A stretch of DNA of 61,704 nt, counting the filler. It is 4 parts of 4 records of this genome, joined end to end, with 100 filler letters (N's around TTAATTAATTAA, not from the genome) between each part and the next. Parts side by side here need not be neighbours in the genome. Positions count along the whole stretch, not along the records: positions 1 to 19,214 come from SRR20825006_1423; positions 19,315 to 41,599 come from SRR20825006_1425; 2 more parts are not named here. The stretch is one strand, 5' to 3'. The stretch's first letter is position 1. The number at the start of each line of letters is the position of its first letter. The position numbers and the translations under genes are program-made. The notes below the pieces were generated by a model. That model saw only the letters and a program-made list of their open reading frames with translations, had not been told where the DNA came from and did no database searches. This document shows positions 8,501 to 19,436 of this stretch, piece after piece.

Positions 8501-11441
8501 CCATAAAAGTGTCGGCGGTGAGGCTGAAGAAACCGGGACCGGCGCGCGCAATGACGACACGCTCGCCGCGTGCCCTCAGGCGGTCGGCCAGATCGCCGCC
8601 AATCCCGTCGGCGTCCCCGACCAGAAGCCACGGGCGCCTGTTCTCCGTTGCGGGCGCTTCATCGCCGTCGTTCCAGGGCAGGCGCTTCCAGGTCGGCCTG
8701 TAGAACCATTTGGCGACATCGTCGCGCTTGCCGGTCTCGGGCGCGGGCAGGGCGCCGGTGGGAATTGCATCCACCCAGTGGCGGGCGCGTTCGAACGGAT
8801 AACCCGGCAGGGGCACGCGGCCGCGATCAGGTTCGGCGAACGCCTCCCAGTCGATGTCTCCCCCTTGCTGCCAAAGCGTGCCGAGGCTGGTGAGCAGCAT
8901 CTTGTGATCGTCCGTCGCGCTCCCGGCGGGCGGCAAGGAGGCAAGCGCATGGATTTTCGGCCCGGCGATCCGGCGCACCATGGCCGTCAGGGCCTGTCCG
9001 GGGCCGATTTCGACGAAGATGGCGTCCGGGTATTCCCGCAGCACGCAGTCGATGCCGTCCCGGAAGGCGACCGGCGCGCGCAGATGGCGCACATACATGG
9101 CGGGATCGCGCGCCTCTTTCGCACTGATCCAGCTCCCGGTCACGTTAGAAACATAGGGGATTTCGGGATCATTCAGGATGTGGCGGTGGAGCTCCTTCCC
9201 GAATGCTTCAAGCACCGGATCCATGAGGGCGGAATGGAAGGCGTGGGACACATTGAGCCTCTGCGCCTGATGCCCTTCCGCCTCCAGCCGTTCGGCCAGC
9301 GCCTCGATCGCGGTGCTGGCGCCACTGACAACGCAGCGGTCCGGCGCATTGATGGTGGCGAGATCCAGACCGGCGCCGAGAAAATTCTCCAGATCCCGTG
9401 GCGGCATTGCCACGGCCAGCATCGCCCCGGCAGGGGCGGACTGCATCAGGCGGCCACGCGCGGCGACGAGAGCCAGAGCGGTATCCAGATCCATCACACC
9501 GGAGAGGCAGGCGGCGACATATTCGCCAAGACTGTGGCCGATCAGTGCCGTCGGCCGGATGCCCCAATGGCGCCAGAGAGCGGCCATCGCATATTCGATT
9601 GAGAACAGGGCGGGTTGTGCCAAAGCCGTCTGGCGCAGGCGCTCCCCGGCCGCTGCTTCGTCACCTCCCGCAGGGGGATAGAGCAGGGCAATCAGGTCCT
9701 GGCCGATATGCGGCTGCAAGCGCACAGCACAATCGTCCAGCGCCGCGCGGAAGACCGGCTCGCGTTCATAGAGCGCGCGGGCCATACCGGGATACTGGCT
9801 GCCTTGACCGCTGCACAGGAAGATGACGGGTGGTGGCCTCTCCGGTGACGCGGATATGGTCGAGACACTAAGCAGCGCCTCGCGTGCGTCTGAAGCGTTC
9901 CCGGTGACTATCGCGGCACGGTGACGGAAGGCACGCCGCCCGCATTGCAGGGTGAAGGCTGCATCGCTCAGGGACTCTTCCGGATGCACCCTTAACCACG
10001 TCGCGAGCGCTTGAACGCGCTCAGTGAGGGCAGCTTCGCTACGCGTGCTGATCGGCAGGAGCTGAAACGGGCGCTGGTCCGGCGCTGTGTGTCTGTGCGG
10101 GGCTTCCTCAAGCACGACATGCGCGTTGGTGCCGCCGATGCCGAAGGAACTCACACCCGCGCGTCGTGGGGTGCCGTCCGCTGCCTCCTGCCAGGGCAGG
10201 AGGTCCGCATTCACGGAAAGGCCACTGGCGGCGAAGTCGATCTCGGGGTTTGGGCGTTCGTAATGCAGGCTGGGCGGGATTTCCCGGTGGCCGAGGGCCA
10301 GCACCGTCTTGATAAGACCGGTCACTCCGGCGGCCTCGTCCAGATGCCCAAGATTGGTTTTGACCGAACCGATATGACGGCCCGCGCCATCGCGGCCGAA
10401 AATCTGGGCAAGGGCCGCGATCTCGATCGGATCGCCGAGCGGAGTGCCGGTGCCGTGCGCCTCGATATAGCCGATGCTGGCCGGATCGGTCTCGCCCACC
10501 TCCAGGGCTTCGGCGATCACACGGGCCTGACCGCTGACGCTTGGGGCTGTGTACCCGGCCTTGTCGGCACCATCATTATTGACCGCCGAGCCACGGATGA
10601 TGGCATGGATGCGGTCACCGTCCGCCTCCGCGTCGGCAAGGCGTTTCAGGACCACGATGGCGGCGCCATTGCCGCTGACGGTGCCACTGGCTTCGGCGTC
10701 GAAGGCGCGGCAATGACCGTCGGGCGAGAGGATGCCGCCTTCCTGATACAGATAGCCCGTATCCTGCGGCACCTGGATCGACGCTCCGCCCGCCAGCGCC
10801 ATGTCGCACTGATAGTCCAGCAGGGCCTGGGCGGCGAAATGCACGGTGACGAGCGATGTGGAGCAGGCGGTGGTGATGCAGACGCTCGGGCCTGTGAGGT
10901 TCAGCTTGTAGGAGATCCGGGTCGCCAGATAATCCTTGTTGTTGCCGATCTGGATCGGCAGTTCCCCGGCTCCGGCCAGGCTGGCACGGTTGGGGTAGAG
11001 ATTGTTGAGCAGATAGCTGCTGGGCCCGCAGCCGACATAGACGCCGACCGTCCCCTTGACGCGTTCCGGATCGTGGCCGCTATGCTCCAGCGCGTTCCAC
11101 GCCAGCTCCAGCATGACCCGGTGTTGCGGATCGGTGATCCGGGCCTCGCTCGGCGGCATCTGGAAGAAGTTGGCATCGAACATCTCGATCCCGTCGAGGG
11201 CGCCGTTCACCGGCACATAGCCCTCCTCGCCGAAAAGCGCCTCGGGTACACCGGCGGCGCGCAGGGCGCCGGGCTCGAAACGGATGAGACCTTCACCCCC
11301 CTCCCGCAGGAGACGCCAGAGAGCGTCCACCCCGTCCGCCTTCGGGAACCGTCCCGCCATGCCGACGATGGCAATCAGGTTCCGGTCGGTGTCGGCGTTC
11401 TGCCCTGCCTCCGGGGGAGTGGTCAGTGGGGAAGTGATCAT
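5547..11441 (-). CDS. Hybrid PKS-NRPS: KS-AT-KR-ACP-C
   Basis: KS TACSTSL / EAHGTGT / GHLDEAAG; AT GHSLG + HAFH (malonyl type); KR TGGLGRIG ... AYAGAN; ACP NGDSL; terminal C domain HHIVCDG. Confidence 0.95.
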   Translation of the reverse strand: MITSPLTTPPEAGQNADTDRNLIAIVGMAGRFPKADGVDALWRLLREGGEGLIRFEPGALRAAGVPEALFGEEGYVPVNGALDGIEMFDANFFQMPPSEARITDPQHRVMLELAWNALEHSGHDPERVKGTVGVYVGCGPSSYLLNNLYPNRASLAGAGELPIQIGNNKDYLATRISYKLNLTGPSVCITTACSTSLVTVHFAAQALLDYQCDMALAGGASIQVPQDTGYLYQEGGILSPDGHCRAFDAEASGTVSGNGAAIVVLKRLADAEADGDRIHAIIRGSAVNNDGADKAGYTAPSVSGQARVIAEALEVGETDPASIGYIEAHGTGTPLGDPIEIAALAQIFGRDGAGRHIGSVKTNLGHLDEAAGVTGLIKTVLALGHREIPPSLHYERPNPEIDFAASGLSVNADLLPWQEAADGTPRRAGVSSFGIGGTNAHVVLEEAPHRHTAPDQRPFQLLPISTRSEAALTERVQALATWLRVHPEESLSDAAFTLQCGRRAFRHRAAIVTGNASDAREALLSVSTISASPERPPPVIFLCSGQGSQYPGMARALYEREPVFRAALDDCAVRLQPHIGQDLIALLYPPAGGDEAAAGERLRQTALAQPALFSIEYAMAALWRHWGIRPTALIGHSLGEYVAACLSGVMDLDTALALVAARGRLMQSAPAGAMLAVAMPPRDLENFLGAGLDLATINAPDRCVVSGASTAIEALAERLEAEGHQAQRLNVSHAFHSALMDPVLEAFGKELHRHILNDPEIPYVSNVTGSWISAKEARDPAMYVRHLRAPVAFRDGIDCVLREYPDAIFVEIGPGQALTAMVRRIAGPKIHALASLPPAGSATDDHKMLLTSLGTLWQQGGDIDWEAFAEPDRGRVPLPGYPFERARHWVDAIPTGALPAPETGKRDDVAKWFYRPTWKRLPWNDGDEAPATENRRPWLLVGDADGIGGDLADRLRARGERVVIARAGPGFFSLTADTFMVRPGAWQDFVTLLDTLAGAGITPGHIVHLWSLRADMPDRDTLVFQSLIATAQALAERRADEPVEITLVCRGVEEVNGEEDLSPHAAAAMGPVLVIPQELPHISCRSIDIVVPDGEGITRNICLDTLVQELAAPGTARRVALRGRYRWGQLFEPAPAPLPGEGLPKRLRHKGVYLITGGLGRIGMLLAEYLAERVEARLVLIGRSAPTDAQSGRIAAIEQSGGRVLMIRADIADPDDMSRAKILAEETFGRIDGVIHAAALPASETYREIRALTPADRAAAFHAKVGGLAALEQAFAEVPPDFFMLFSSLSAVLGGLGFAAYAGANSVLDATARERQRTSKATWISVNWDGWDFEAASTGQSAFESRLQNASITPDEGRAAFEFLFNGCFSGQVAVSTTDLADRQARGHQSPLPETGKHIGSIDERPDSGPEAEMAALWCAALGLEQVGPHDDFFALNGDSLLGTRLIAQINRHFNSRLEVRALFEHPTVAGLTARLMADGTIGAGNDADGDRSMDIILPAVPARDYPLTHGQKRLWILSQSEDASVAYNMAYNMRLRGPLDAEALRAAFAHILSRHESLRTAFVMREGMPRQEIRDGLPFMLPVRDISKAEDPVAEARAAARAEARRPFDLTQPPLLRAELLSLSADDHVLLISLHHIVCDGLSLNILMRELHEAYSAFRDGSAPAHPPLKLQYRDFAVWQTSGAESAAMASHRAYWLDRLQGERPSLGLARDYTEGQEHGFSGGQIFVTLERAERDLLLDLCRDQKITLFTLLTAAFKVLLHQASGQDDIIVGTPVAGREQAELEGQIGLYLNNLVLRDHVTRRESFKDLLRRVRTTVTEAFAHQSYPFDRLVEDLAVLGEKQTPLFEVMLNLMPSQDLDLRLGDLTLESFLLENESALFDLNVMVNDASTGLAMEFSYNLERYEEARVRALAENYLILLRSVAANPEQNVRALCARLGRETGGSETEKADFLSSALNLDEVF

Positions 11442-14400
11442 TGGGCCCGGCCTCCATGCTGCTTCTGTTTTTCGCGCGTTCTGGTTTTGCCGCGTCCGCG
11501 CCCTTGTCCGTGCATTGCGCCGCGCCGCTTCGCCGCCCGCTTCGCACCTTCGCCGGATGCGGCTTCCCCGCCTGAAGCGTCCAGTGCGGCCGCCTGGGCT
11601 GCCGGTGTCGGATGCTGGAACAGCAGAACGATGCTGATGTCCCGCCCGACCAGATCCTGGATCCGGGCCCGGGCCCGCACGGCGAGCACGGAATGGGCGC
11701 CATGCTCGAAGACATTCTGCTCAAGGCTGAGGCCCGGATGGCCCAGCAGCTCCCGCCAGAGGGAGAGGATCTGGGCCTCGCGTTCCGTCCGGGGCGCGCG
11801 TCCCGTCTCCTCCGCAGCAACCGTTTCCGGGGCGGGCAAGGCGCGGTGATCGAGCTTGCCGTTAATGGTTAGTGGCAGCCGTTCCAGCGCAATGAAACGG
11901 GCCGGGATCATGTAGGCGGGAAGCCGTGCCTGCAGATGCTGGCGCAGGCTATCCGCCGTGGGGACGCCATCGCCGGGTATGTAATAGCCGGTCAGGGATT
12001 TGTCGCCGTCCCTCTCATGCAGGGTGATGGCGGCCTCGCGGACCTCCGGATGCTGGCTCAAGGCCGCCGAGATCTCGCCAAGCTCGATGCGGAAGCCGCG
12101 CAGCTTCACCTGGTTGTCGAGACGGCCCAGATATTCAAGCTCGCCATCATTGCGCCGCCGCACCTTGTCGCCCGTGCGGTAAAGCCGTTCATCCGTCTGG
12201 AAGGGGCTCTGGATGAAACGTTCGGCTGTCAGCTCCGGCCGCCCGAGATAACCGGTGGCGAGACCCGGTCCGCCGACGAACAGCTCGCCCGGAACGCCGT
12301 CTGGCACGGGCTCCAGACCCTCGTCCAGGACATAGAGCTGCAAGTCGGGGATCGGCACGCCGATCAGGCTGGCCGGTTTTTCCGCGTCACTGGCGGAAAG
12401 CGGCCGATAGGTCACGTGAACGGTCGTTTCGGTAATGCCGTACATGTTCACGAGTTGCGGCTGACGGTCGCCACGATGCTCGAACCAGCTCCGCAGCATC
12501 GTCGGGTCGAGGGCTTCGCCGCCGAAGATCACATAGCGCAGGGCAAGCGAGGTGGCCTGCTCCGGATCGGCTTGCAATAACTGGCGGAAGGCCGAGGGGG
12601 TCTGGTTCAGCACCGTGACCCGTTCACGTTCCAGCAGATCGAGGAACCGGTCCGGCGCGCGGCTGACATCGTAAGGCACGATGACCAGCCGTCCGCCATG
12701 CAGCAGTGCCCCCCATGTCTCCCAGACGGAGAAGTCGAAGGCGAAGGAATGGAACAGGGTCCAGACATCCTCCGGCCCGAAGCCGAACCAGTGATCCGTT
12801 GCGGTGAACAGACGCATCGCATTGGCGTGGGTGATCACCGTGCCTTTCGGCTCTCCAGTGCTGCCGGAGGTGTAGATCACATAGGCCGCGCGGTCCGGGT
12901 TTTGCGGGCGGGCAGGGTTGCTGTCGTCACCCACGTCCGATGTCTCAGTGTTATCCAGCAGACACAGTGCACATTCTCCCTCCCCGGCGAGTGCGGAGAA
13001 CTCCTTGAACGTGACCAGGACCGGCGCTTGAGCGTCCCGCAGGATGAAGGAGAGACGCGATGCCGGCGCGTTGGGGTCGAGCGGCAGATAGGCGCCGCCT
13101 GCCTTCAGGATCGCCAGCATGGCGACGATCAGTTCGGCCGAGCGCGGCAGGCAGAGCCCGATCAGCGGCGCGTCTTCGCCCTCCGGTGCTTCGGTTAATC
13201 CGCGCAGGCGGTGGGCGAGCCGGTTGGCCCGGGCGTTCAGCTCCGCATAGCTCAGATGTTCCCCGCCGTCGCTGACCGCAATCGCATCCGGGGTTCTGGC
13301 CGCCTGTGCCTCGAACCAGTCCGCAAGGCCGGCATGTGCCGGAGCGGTTTGCACGATCGGAGTGTTCCGGGACAGAAGCGCTGTGCGTTCATCTGGGGTC
13401 AGTAGCGGAAGGCGTCCGATTGCATCCTCCGGAGCATCGACCGCGCTTTCGGCGAGAACCGTCCAGCAGTCCATCTGGCGCCTGATACTGGCTTCCTCGA
13501 ACAGATCCCGGTTGAAGCGCAGCTCCAGTTGCAGACCGGTGGCGGTCTCGGAAAAACTCCAGAGCTGATCGAACTGGCTTGTGCCGTAATCCAGCCCGAG
13601 TGACGTGATCTCCAGGTTGGGGAGGTCGAGGGCGACATTCTCCGTATTCTGGAAGGCGACCATTACATCGAAGAGCGGGTTGCGGCTGGGATCGCGCGGC
13701 ACGTTCAGGTCGCGCACGATCTCGTCGAACGGATAATCCTCGTGCGCATAGGCTTCTATCGATGTCTGACGAACCCGGTCGAGCAGTTCCGCAAAACTGT
13801 CCGATCCGCCGATACTGTCACGCAGAACCAGCGTGTTGACGAAGAAGCCGATCTGGCCTTCCAGATCCATATGCCCGCGCCCTGCAGCGGGAACGCCGAG
13901 GCTGATATCCTCCGCCCCGCTGATCCGGTGCAGGAAGACTTTTACCAGCGCCGTCAGCACCATGAAGAGGCTCGTCCCGTGGGTCTGGGCCAGCGTGTTG
14001 AGACTGTCCAGCATGCCCGCATCCAGGGTCTGCCGCAGCCGCCCCCCGTTATAGGTTTTGACCGGCGGGCGCGGGAAATCGCAGGGCAGCTCCAGCGGAG
14101 GCGGCAGGTCGCCGAGTTGTTTCTGCCAGAATGCACGGTGGGCACCTGCCCGCTCTGTCAGGCGCTCTGACTGCCAGGCGACATAGTCGCGATGCTGGAT
14201 GGCGAGCGGCGGCAGGTCGGCATTGCCATTCCCCAGCGCTGCCCGGTAGAGCGTCATGATCTCGCGCACCAGCACGTCCATGCTCCAGCCGTCGGAGATG
14301 ATGTGATGCATGTTGAACAGCAGCACATGATCGTCCGCGCCAAGCCGCAGCAGATGCAGGCGGATCAGTGGCGCCCGGCTGAGGTCGAAGCCCCGGCGGG

Positions 14401-17400
14401 CATCCTCAAGGGCATGCTGTCTTGCGGCGGCGAGCGGGTCGGCCTCCCGGCTGAGGTCGATCAGCTCAAGCGGGATGGCGCCTGGTGCCTCGACCCGCTG
14501 GCGTAATGTGCCGTCCTGTTCCAGGAAGCTGGTCCGGAGGCTTTCGTGGCGGGCGATCACGGTCCCGAGGGCATGCCGCAGGCTTTCAATCTCCAGCAGA
14601 CCGCGCACCCGCAGGCTGTCCGCCATATGATAGGCCTCGCCCCCGTCCATCTGCGCCAGGAACCAGAGACGCTGCTGGGCGTAGGACACCGGATAATCCT
14701 CGGCGTCCGGAAGTGTCGTTATCGGCTCCGAGGCAACGTTTTCCTGCCGGTCGAGAAGCTCTGCCTGGGCGGCAATCGTGGGGTTATTGAAAATGTCCCG
14801 CAGGGTCAGCTCCTTGCGCAGCCTGTCCTGCAGGCGGCTCAGCACCTGGGTTGCCTTCAGGCTGTGGCCGCCGAGCTCGAAGAAATTCTCGTCCGTGCCC
14901 GGAGGTGCGATCCCGAGCACCTCGGCCCAGATCTGCTGCACTGCTGTCTCCGTCAGTGTTTCGGGTCCCGTGCCGCTGCCGGGAAGCGGGGCGAGGATGC
15001 GCGGTGCGGGCAAAGCACGCCGGTCGATCTTGCCGTTCGGCAGGAGTGGGAAACGGTCCATCACCACGAAGCTCGACGGGATCATGTGCTCCGGCAAACG
15101 GCCCTTCAGATCCTGGCGCAGGCGCGGCAGCAGATGACGGGTGAAGCTCTCACTCAGCGGATTGCTGGTCATCCCGGCAAAGAGATCTTCGGGATGCGAC
15201 GGGGATTCGAAAATCTCCCGCTGCGAGAGGCTGGCGGCAGGATCCGGGATCGCGGCGTGACCTTTGGGCCGGAACAGCACGGCCAGCTCGCCGCAATCGC
15301 TTTCCGGCTCCCAGAAGATTTCGACCTCTACCGGAAGAGTATCTTGCAGTCCCCAAAGCTGTTCCGGATCGAGTCCCTGACCGGCAGCCTCTGCCATTCT
15401 GCTTTTCGCGGTCTCGACCGCCGCACTCGACGGGGCTTCCTCAAGCCAGCCAAGCAGGGCGCGCATCTCGTCGAGCCGCGCGTTCGGAATATTGCGCAGG
15501 GCCCAGACCCCGGAGGCGTTTTCCAGACGGTCCCGGATGTCGCCCAGTGCCGGACGCTCCTTCCGCCAATCCTCCCAGTTGATATCCGTCCGTGCGCCGT
15601 CATCGGGCACTCTGTCCGGTTCGGCGACCCGGATCACGACATCGTAGCGGAAGCAGGTCATCTCATTGTGGACCGTGCCGCGCTTCGGCCGGATTTCCAC
15701 CCCGGAGATACGGGGCAGAACCTGACGAAGCGTCTCGAAGAACTTGGGCGCGACGGCAAGTTCCTGCTCGCGGGAAAGCTGGTCCTCGATCCGCCCGGCA
15801 AGCTCGGCGCGGGTCACATCGGACTCCGCCTTGAAGCATTGCACGGCGCCGTGATAGCCGCGCAGAAGAGGCAGACTGCGTACGTCCCCGACAAAGATCG
15901 CACCACCATCGGCGCAGCGCGCGACGGCTTCGCTCAGAACCGCCAGCAGGTAATCGCGGCTCGGGAAATACTGGATCACCGAATTCAGCACGAGCGTATC
16001 GAAACTGCCCGGCGCGATCCCCTGAAAATCGTCGGCGGTTTGCGCCCGCAATTCGGCGTCACTCAGCTTCTCGATGAGAAGCCGGTTCTGCCGCTCCTGA
16101 AGCTGCGCGATGGCGACGGCAGAGAGATCCGTGCCGAGATAGTGCGCGCATTCCGGCACCAGCCGGTAAAGTAGCAGGCCGGTGCCGCAACCGATTTCCA
16201 GAAGGTTTTGAGGCTTCAGTGCAAGGATGCGCGAGATCGCGTTATCGACGCATTCCCGCATTTCTTCGGCCGAGAGGGGCTCACCGGTGAAGGTGCTGTC
16301 CCAGCCGATGGTGTTGAAGGTGGCATCTTCTTCTGCCGCGGATTCGTCGGCATAGCTGGCCTCGTGCAGCTCCTTCCAGAGCGCGACCTGATCCTGAACC
16401 AGCTCCGACGCTTCGGCGTCTGGCATCCGGACCTGGATGTAGGCAGACAAGCGCCGCTCGTCCGAGGCATCCACGAAGTCCTGGACCAGAACCTCGCGGA
16501 TTTGTGGATTGCGGCCGATGGCGGCTTCGATCTCGCCCAGCTCGACCCGGAAGCCCCGGATTTTCACCTGCCCGTCGATACGGCCGAGATAGTCGAGAGA
16601 GCCGTCCGGCCGCCAGCGTCCGAGATCGCCGGTGCGGTAGAGAGTGCCGCCGAAGGTTTCATCCGCGTGGGGATTATCGACGAACATCGCGGCGGTCAGC
16701 TCCGGCCGGCGCCAGTATCCGTCCCCGACGCCAATACCGCTGACGCAGATCTCACCGGGCACGCCGATGGGCAGCAGGGCGAGAGAGGGGTTGAGGATCT
16801 GCACGGACATATTGTCGACGGGCATGCCGATCGGAACCGTCACCTGTTCGGCTGGCAGCGGCGTGTCGAGCACGCTCTGGCATACATCGTCGGCGGCTTC
16901 CGTCGGGCCGTAGGCATTGATCAGCGGGATATCCGGCCAGAGCGAAAGCCAGCGGTTCACCAGGGCGACGGAGACGGATTCCCCGGTGACCATGGCCTGC
17001 TTGAGATCGGGCAATGCCCTGCGGTCGCCGGGCAGGCCGTCCGCCTCGTTCATCAGGCTTTCGAGAACCACGGGCACCAGCTCGATCAGGCTGACGCGGC
17101 TTTCCCTGATGAGGGAAAGCAGGGCGCGCGGCGAGGCGACGGTCTCGAAATCCGCGAAGACGACACGCCCGCCGACCAGAAGTGGCCCGAGGCATTGCCA
17201 GACAGAGATGTCCGAGGATGCCGGTGCACTTTGCAGGATGGCCCCGTCAGCATCGAAATCCATCAGCCGGAACTCGGCGAAGATATGGTTGAGCGCGCCT
17301 TCATGACGCACGAGCGCGCCTTTCGGTCGCCCCGTCGAACCGGACGTGTAAAGCAGGTAGAGCGGATCGCGGGGGCCGCTGGTAAGCGGCGGATTCTCAT

Positions 17401-19214
17401 CCGGTTGGGCCGAGAGCGCGCTGGCCATGTGAACCCGGACTCCGACCGGGCTGTTCTCCAGCGTCGCATTGCCGCCGCAGAGAACCACGTCTCCGACACT
17501 CTCCGGCAGACCTTCTTCAGAGAGCGCCGCGAGGTTGTCCCCATCCGCGACGAGGATGGCGGCAGTGCTGTCGTCCAGCATGTGATGCAGGCGGGCGCCC
17601 GGATAGGCCGTGTCGAGCGGCAGGAACAAGCCGCCCGCCTTGATGATGCCGAGTATGCTTGCGAGATAATCGAGACCGCGGGGCACCAGGACAGCGACCG
17701 GATCGCCCGGCGCGACATCCAGTGCAATCAGGAGATTGGCAAGCCGGTTCGCGCGCCGGTTCAACGCGTCATAATCGAGGCTGACCCCGTGCGCTTCCGC
17801 CGCCACGCGCTCCGGTGTCGCCGCGACCTGGGCCTCGAAGGCTTCGGCAAGGCTCTGCGCGACCGGATGGACAATGTCGGGTCCATTCGACAGTGCGAGA
17901 ACGGCGGCCCGTTCATCCGGCTCCATCAGGGGCAAAAGGTCGACCGGCGTCTCCGGCGCGGCAGCGATCGCGCGCAGCAAGACCGTGAAATGACCGGTCA
18001 TGCGCACGACCGTGTCGTGGTCGAACAGGTCGCGGTTATATTCGATGACGCCCTGCAGCCCATCATCCATGTCCCAGAAATCCAGAACCAGATCGAACAG
18101 GGCGGCGCGACGGTCCACATGCACGGAGCTGAGCGTCAGCCCCCGCACGTCACCCCGGTCGAGCGGCATGTTCTGTAGCGCCATCATGACCTGGAAGACC
18201 GGATTGCGGCTGAGGTCGCGGTCCGGCTGCAGCGCGTCAACCAGATGTTCGAACGGCAGGTCCTGGTGGGCATAGGCGTCGAGCGCCGTTTGCCGGACTT
18301 GGTCCAGCAGGGCGGGTATGCCGGCCGTCCCCGACAGTCTGACCCTGAGCGCCAGCGTATTGACGAAGAAGCCGACGAGCTCCTCTGTCTGGGCGTGGGT
18401 GCGGTTCGCGATCGGTGATCCGATGACGATATCGTTCTGCCCGCTATAGCGGTACAGCAGCGCGGAGAAGCCCGTCAGCAGGGTCATGAACAGGGTCGCG
18501 TCATGCGCCCGGCCGAGCTGCTTCAGACTGTCGCGTGTTTCCGCGTCGATGGTAAAACGCAGGCTGCCGCCCCGGAAGCTCTGCACCGCCGGTCTTGGCC
18601 GATCGGTCGGCAGCGAAAGCATGGGTGGTGCGTCGGCCAGTTGATCCCGCCAGTAGCTCAATTGTTGTTCCAGCACATCGCCGGTGAGCCAGTCGCGCTG
18701 CCAGGCGGCGAAATCGGCATACTGAACCGGCAGAGGCGGCAACTCGTCGGCGGTGCCGTCCAGATGGGCCGAGTAGGCGCGGGCCAGCTCGCCGGACAGA
18801 AGATTGAGAGACCAGCCGTCGATGACGATGTGGTGGAAGGTGAGGAGTAGGACATGCTCTCCCGGCTCAAGCAGAACCAGCTCAGCACGCAGCAGCGGCG
18901 GGGCACCGAGATCAGGGAAAGGCTCCCGCGCGGCGCGTTCGGCCTCGGCCAGCATCGCGGCTTCCCGCCCGGCCTCGGGTGTTGCGGTCAGATCGATCTC
19001 ACGCAAGGGCACGTCGAGATGATCAAGGATGATCTGAACCGCCTCACCGTCGCGATTGCGGAACGCGGAACGCAGCACTTCGTGACGCGCAACCAGTTTG
19101 TTGAGAGCGAAGCGCAGGGCTTCCTTGTCCAGATGCCCCTGCAACCGCAGTGCCAACGGCGTGTTGTAGAAGGGGTTATCCGGCTCCAGCTGCGCGAGGA
19201 ACCAGAGGCGCTGC
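11438..19214 (-). CDS. Bimodular NRPS C-A-(N-MT)-T-C-A(Thr)-T; 5' end truncated at the contig gap
   Basis: Frame continues upstream of 19156 (QRLWFLAQLEPDNPFYNTP) into the gap. C HHIVIDG and HHIISDG; A YTSGSTGRPKG and YTSGSTGEPKG; MT LEIGCGTG and LNSVIQYFP; T GGHSL and GAHSV; second A has FDFSVW/LNQTP/NMYGITETTVH (Thr code DFWNIGMVHK). Confidence 0.95.
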
Positions 19215-19314
19215 NNNNNNNNNNNNNNNNNNNNNNNNNNNNNNNNNNNNNNNNNNNNTTAATTAATTAANNNNNNNNNNNNNNNNNNNNNNNNNNNNNN
19301 NNNNNNNNNNNNNN
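19215..19314. other. Artificial contig linker (44 N + TTAATTAATTAA + 44 N)
   Basis: Six-frame stop linker flanked by Ns; identical at three places. Confidence 0.98.
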
Positions 19315-19379
19315 TATGATGCGGTTCCTGGCACCGTGGATAAGATTGTGGGGACATATTCTGCCCCCACACATCGCGT

Positions 19380-19436
19380 GTCATCCCGGCCCCCGGGTCG
19401 CTGCGCGCCCGAGGATAAACTCCGGCCGAGACCCAT
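19380..19436. repeat. Possible REP-like palindromic element
   Basis: GTCATCCCGGCC...GGCCGAGACCCAT arms with an internal hairpin; recalls alphaproteobacterial GTCATCCCGGC/GCCGGGACCCA repeats. Single copy in the window. Confidence 0.4.

Noticed and set aside
1-19214. Identifying the cluster as didemnin, thalassospiramide, bleomycin, zeamine/fabclavine or paenilamicin
   Set aside because: Module order and predicted substrates do not fit my recollection of these pathways; only isolated parallels. A database comparison is still needed.
241-19270. Long plus-strand ORFs (e.g. 3949-5550, 7656-9602, 10011-11849, 14546-16174, 16208-18178)
   Set aside because: Antisense shadows of high-GC NRPS/PKS genes; no motifs, and fully overlapped by well-supported minus-strand genes.
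19259-19270. TTAATTAATTAA as a biological repeat or att site
   Set aside because: Centred in exactly 44 + 44 Ns three times; a synthetic six-frame stop linker.
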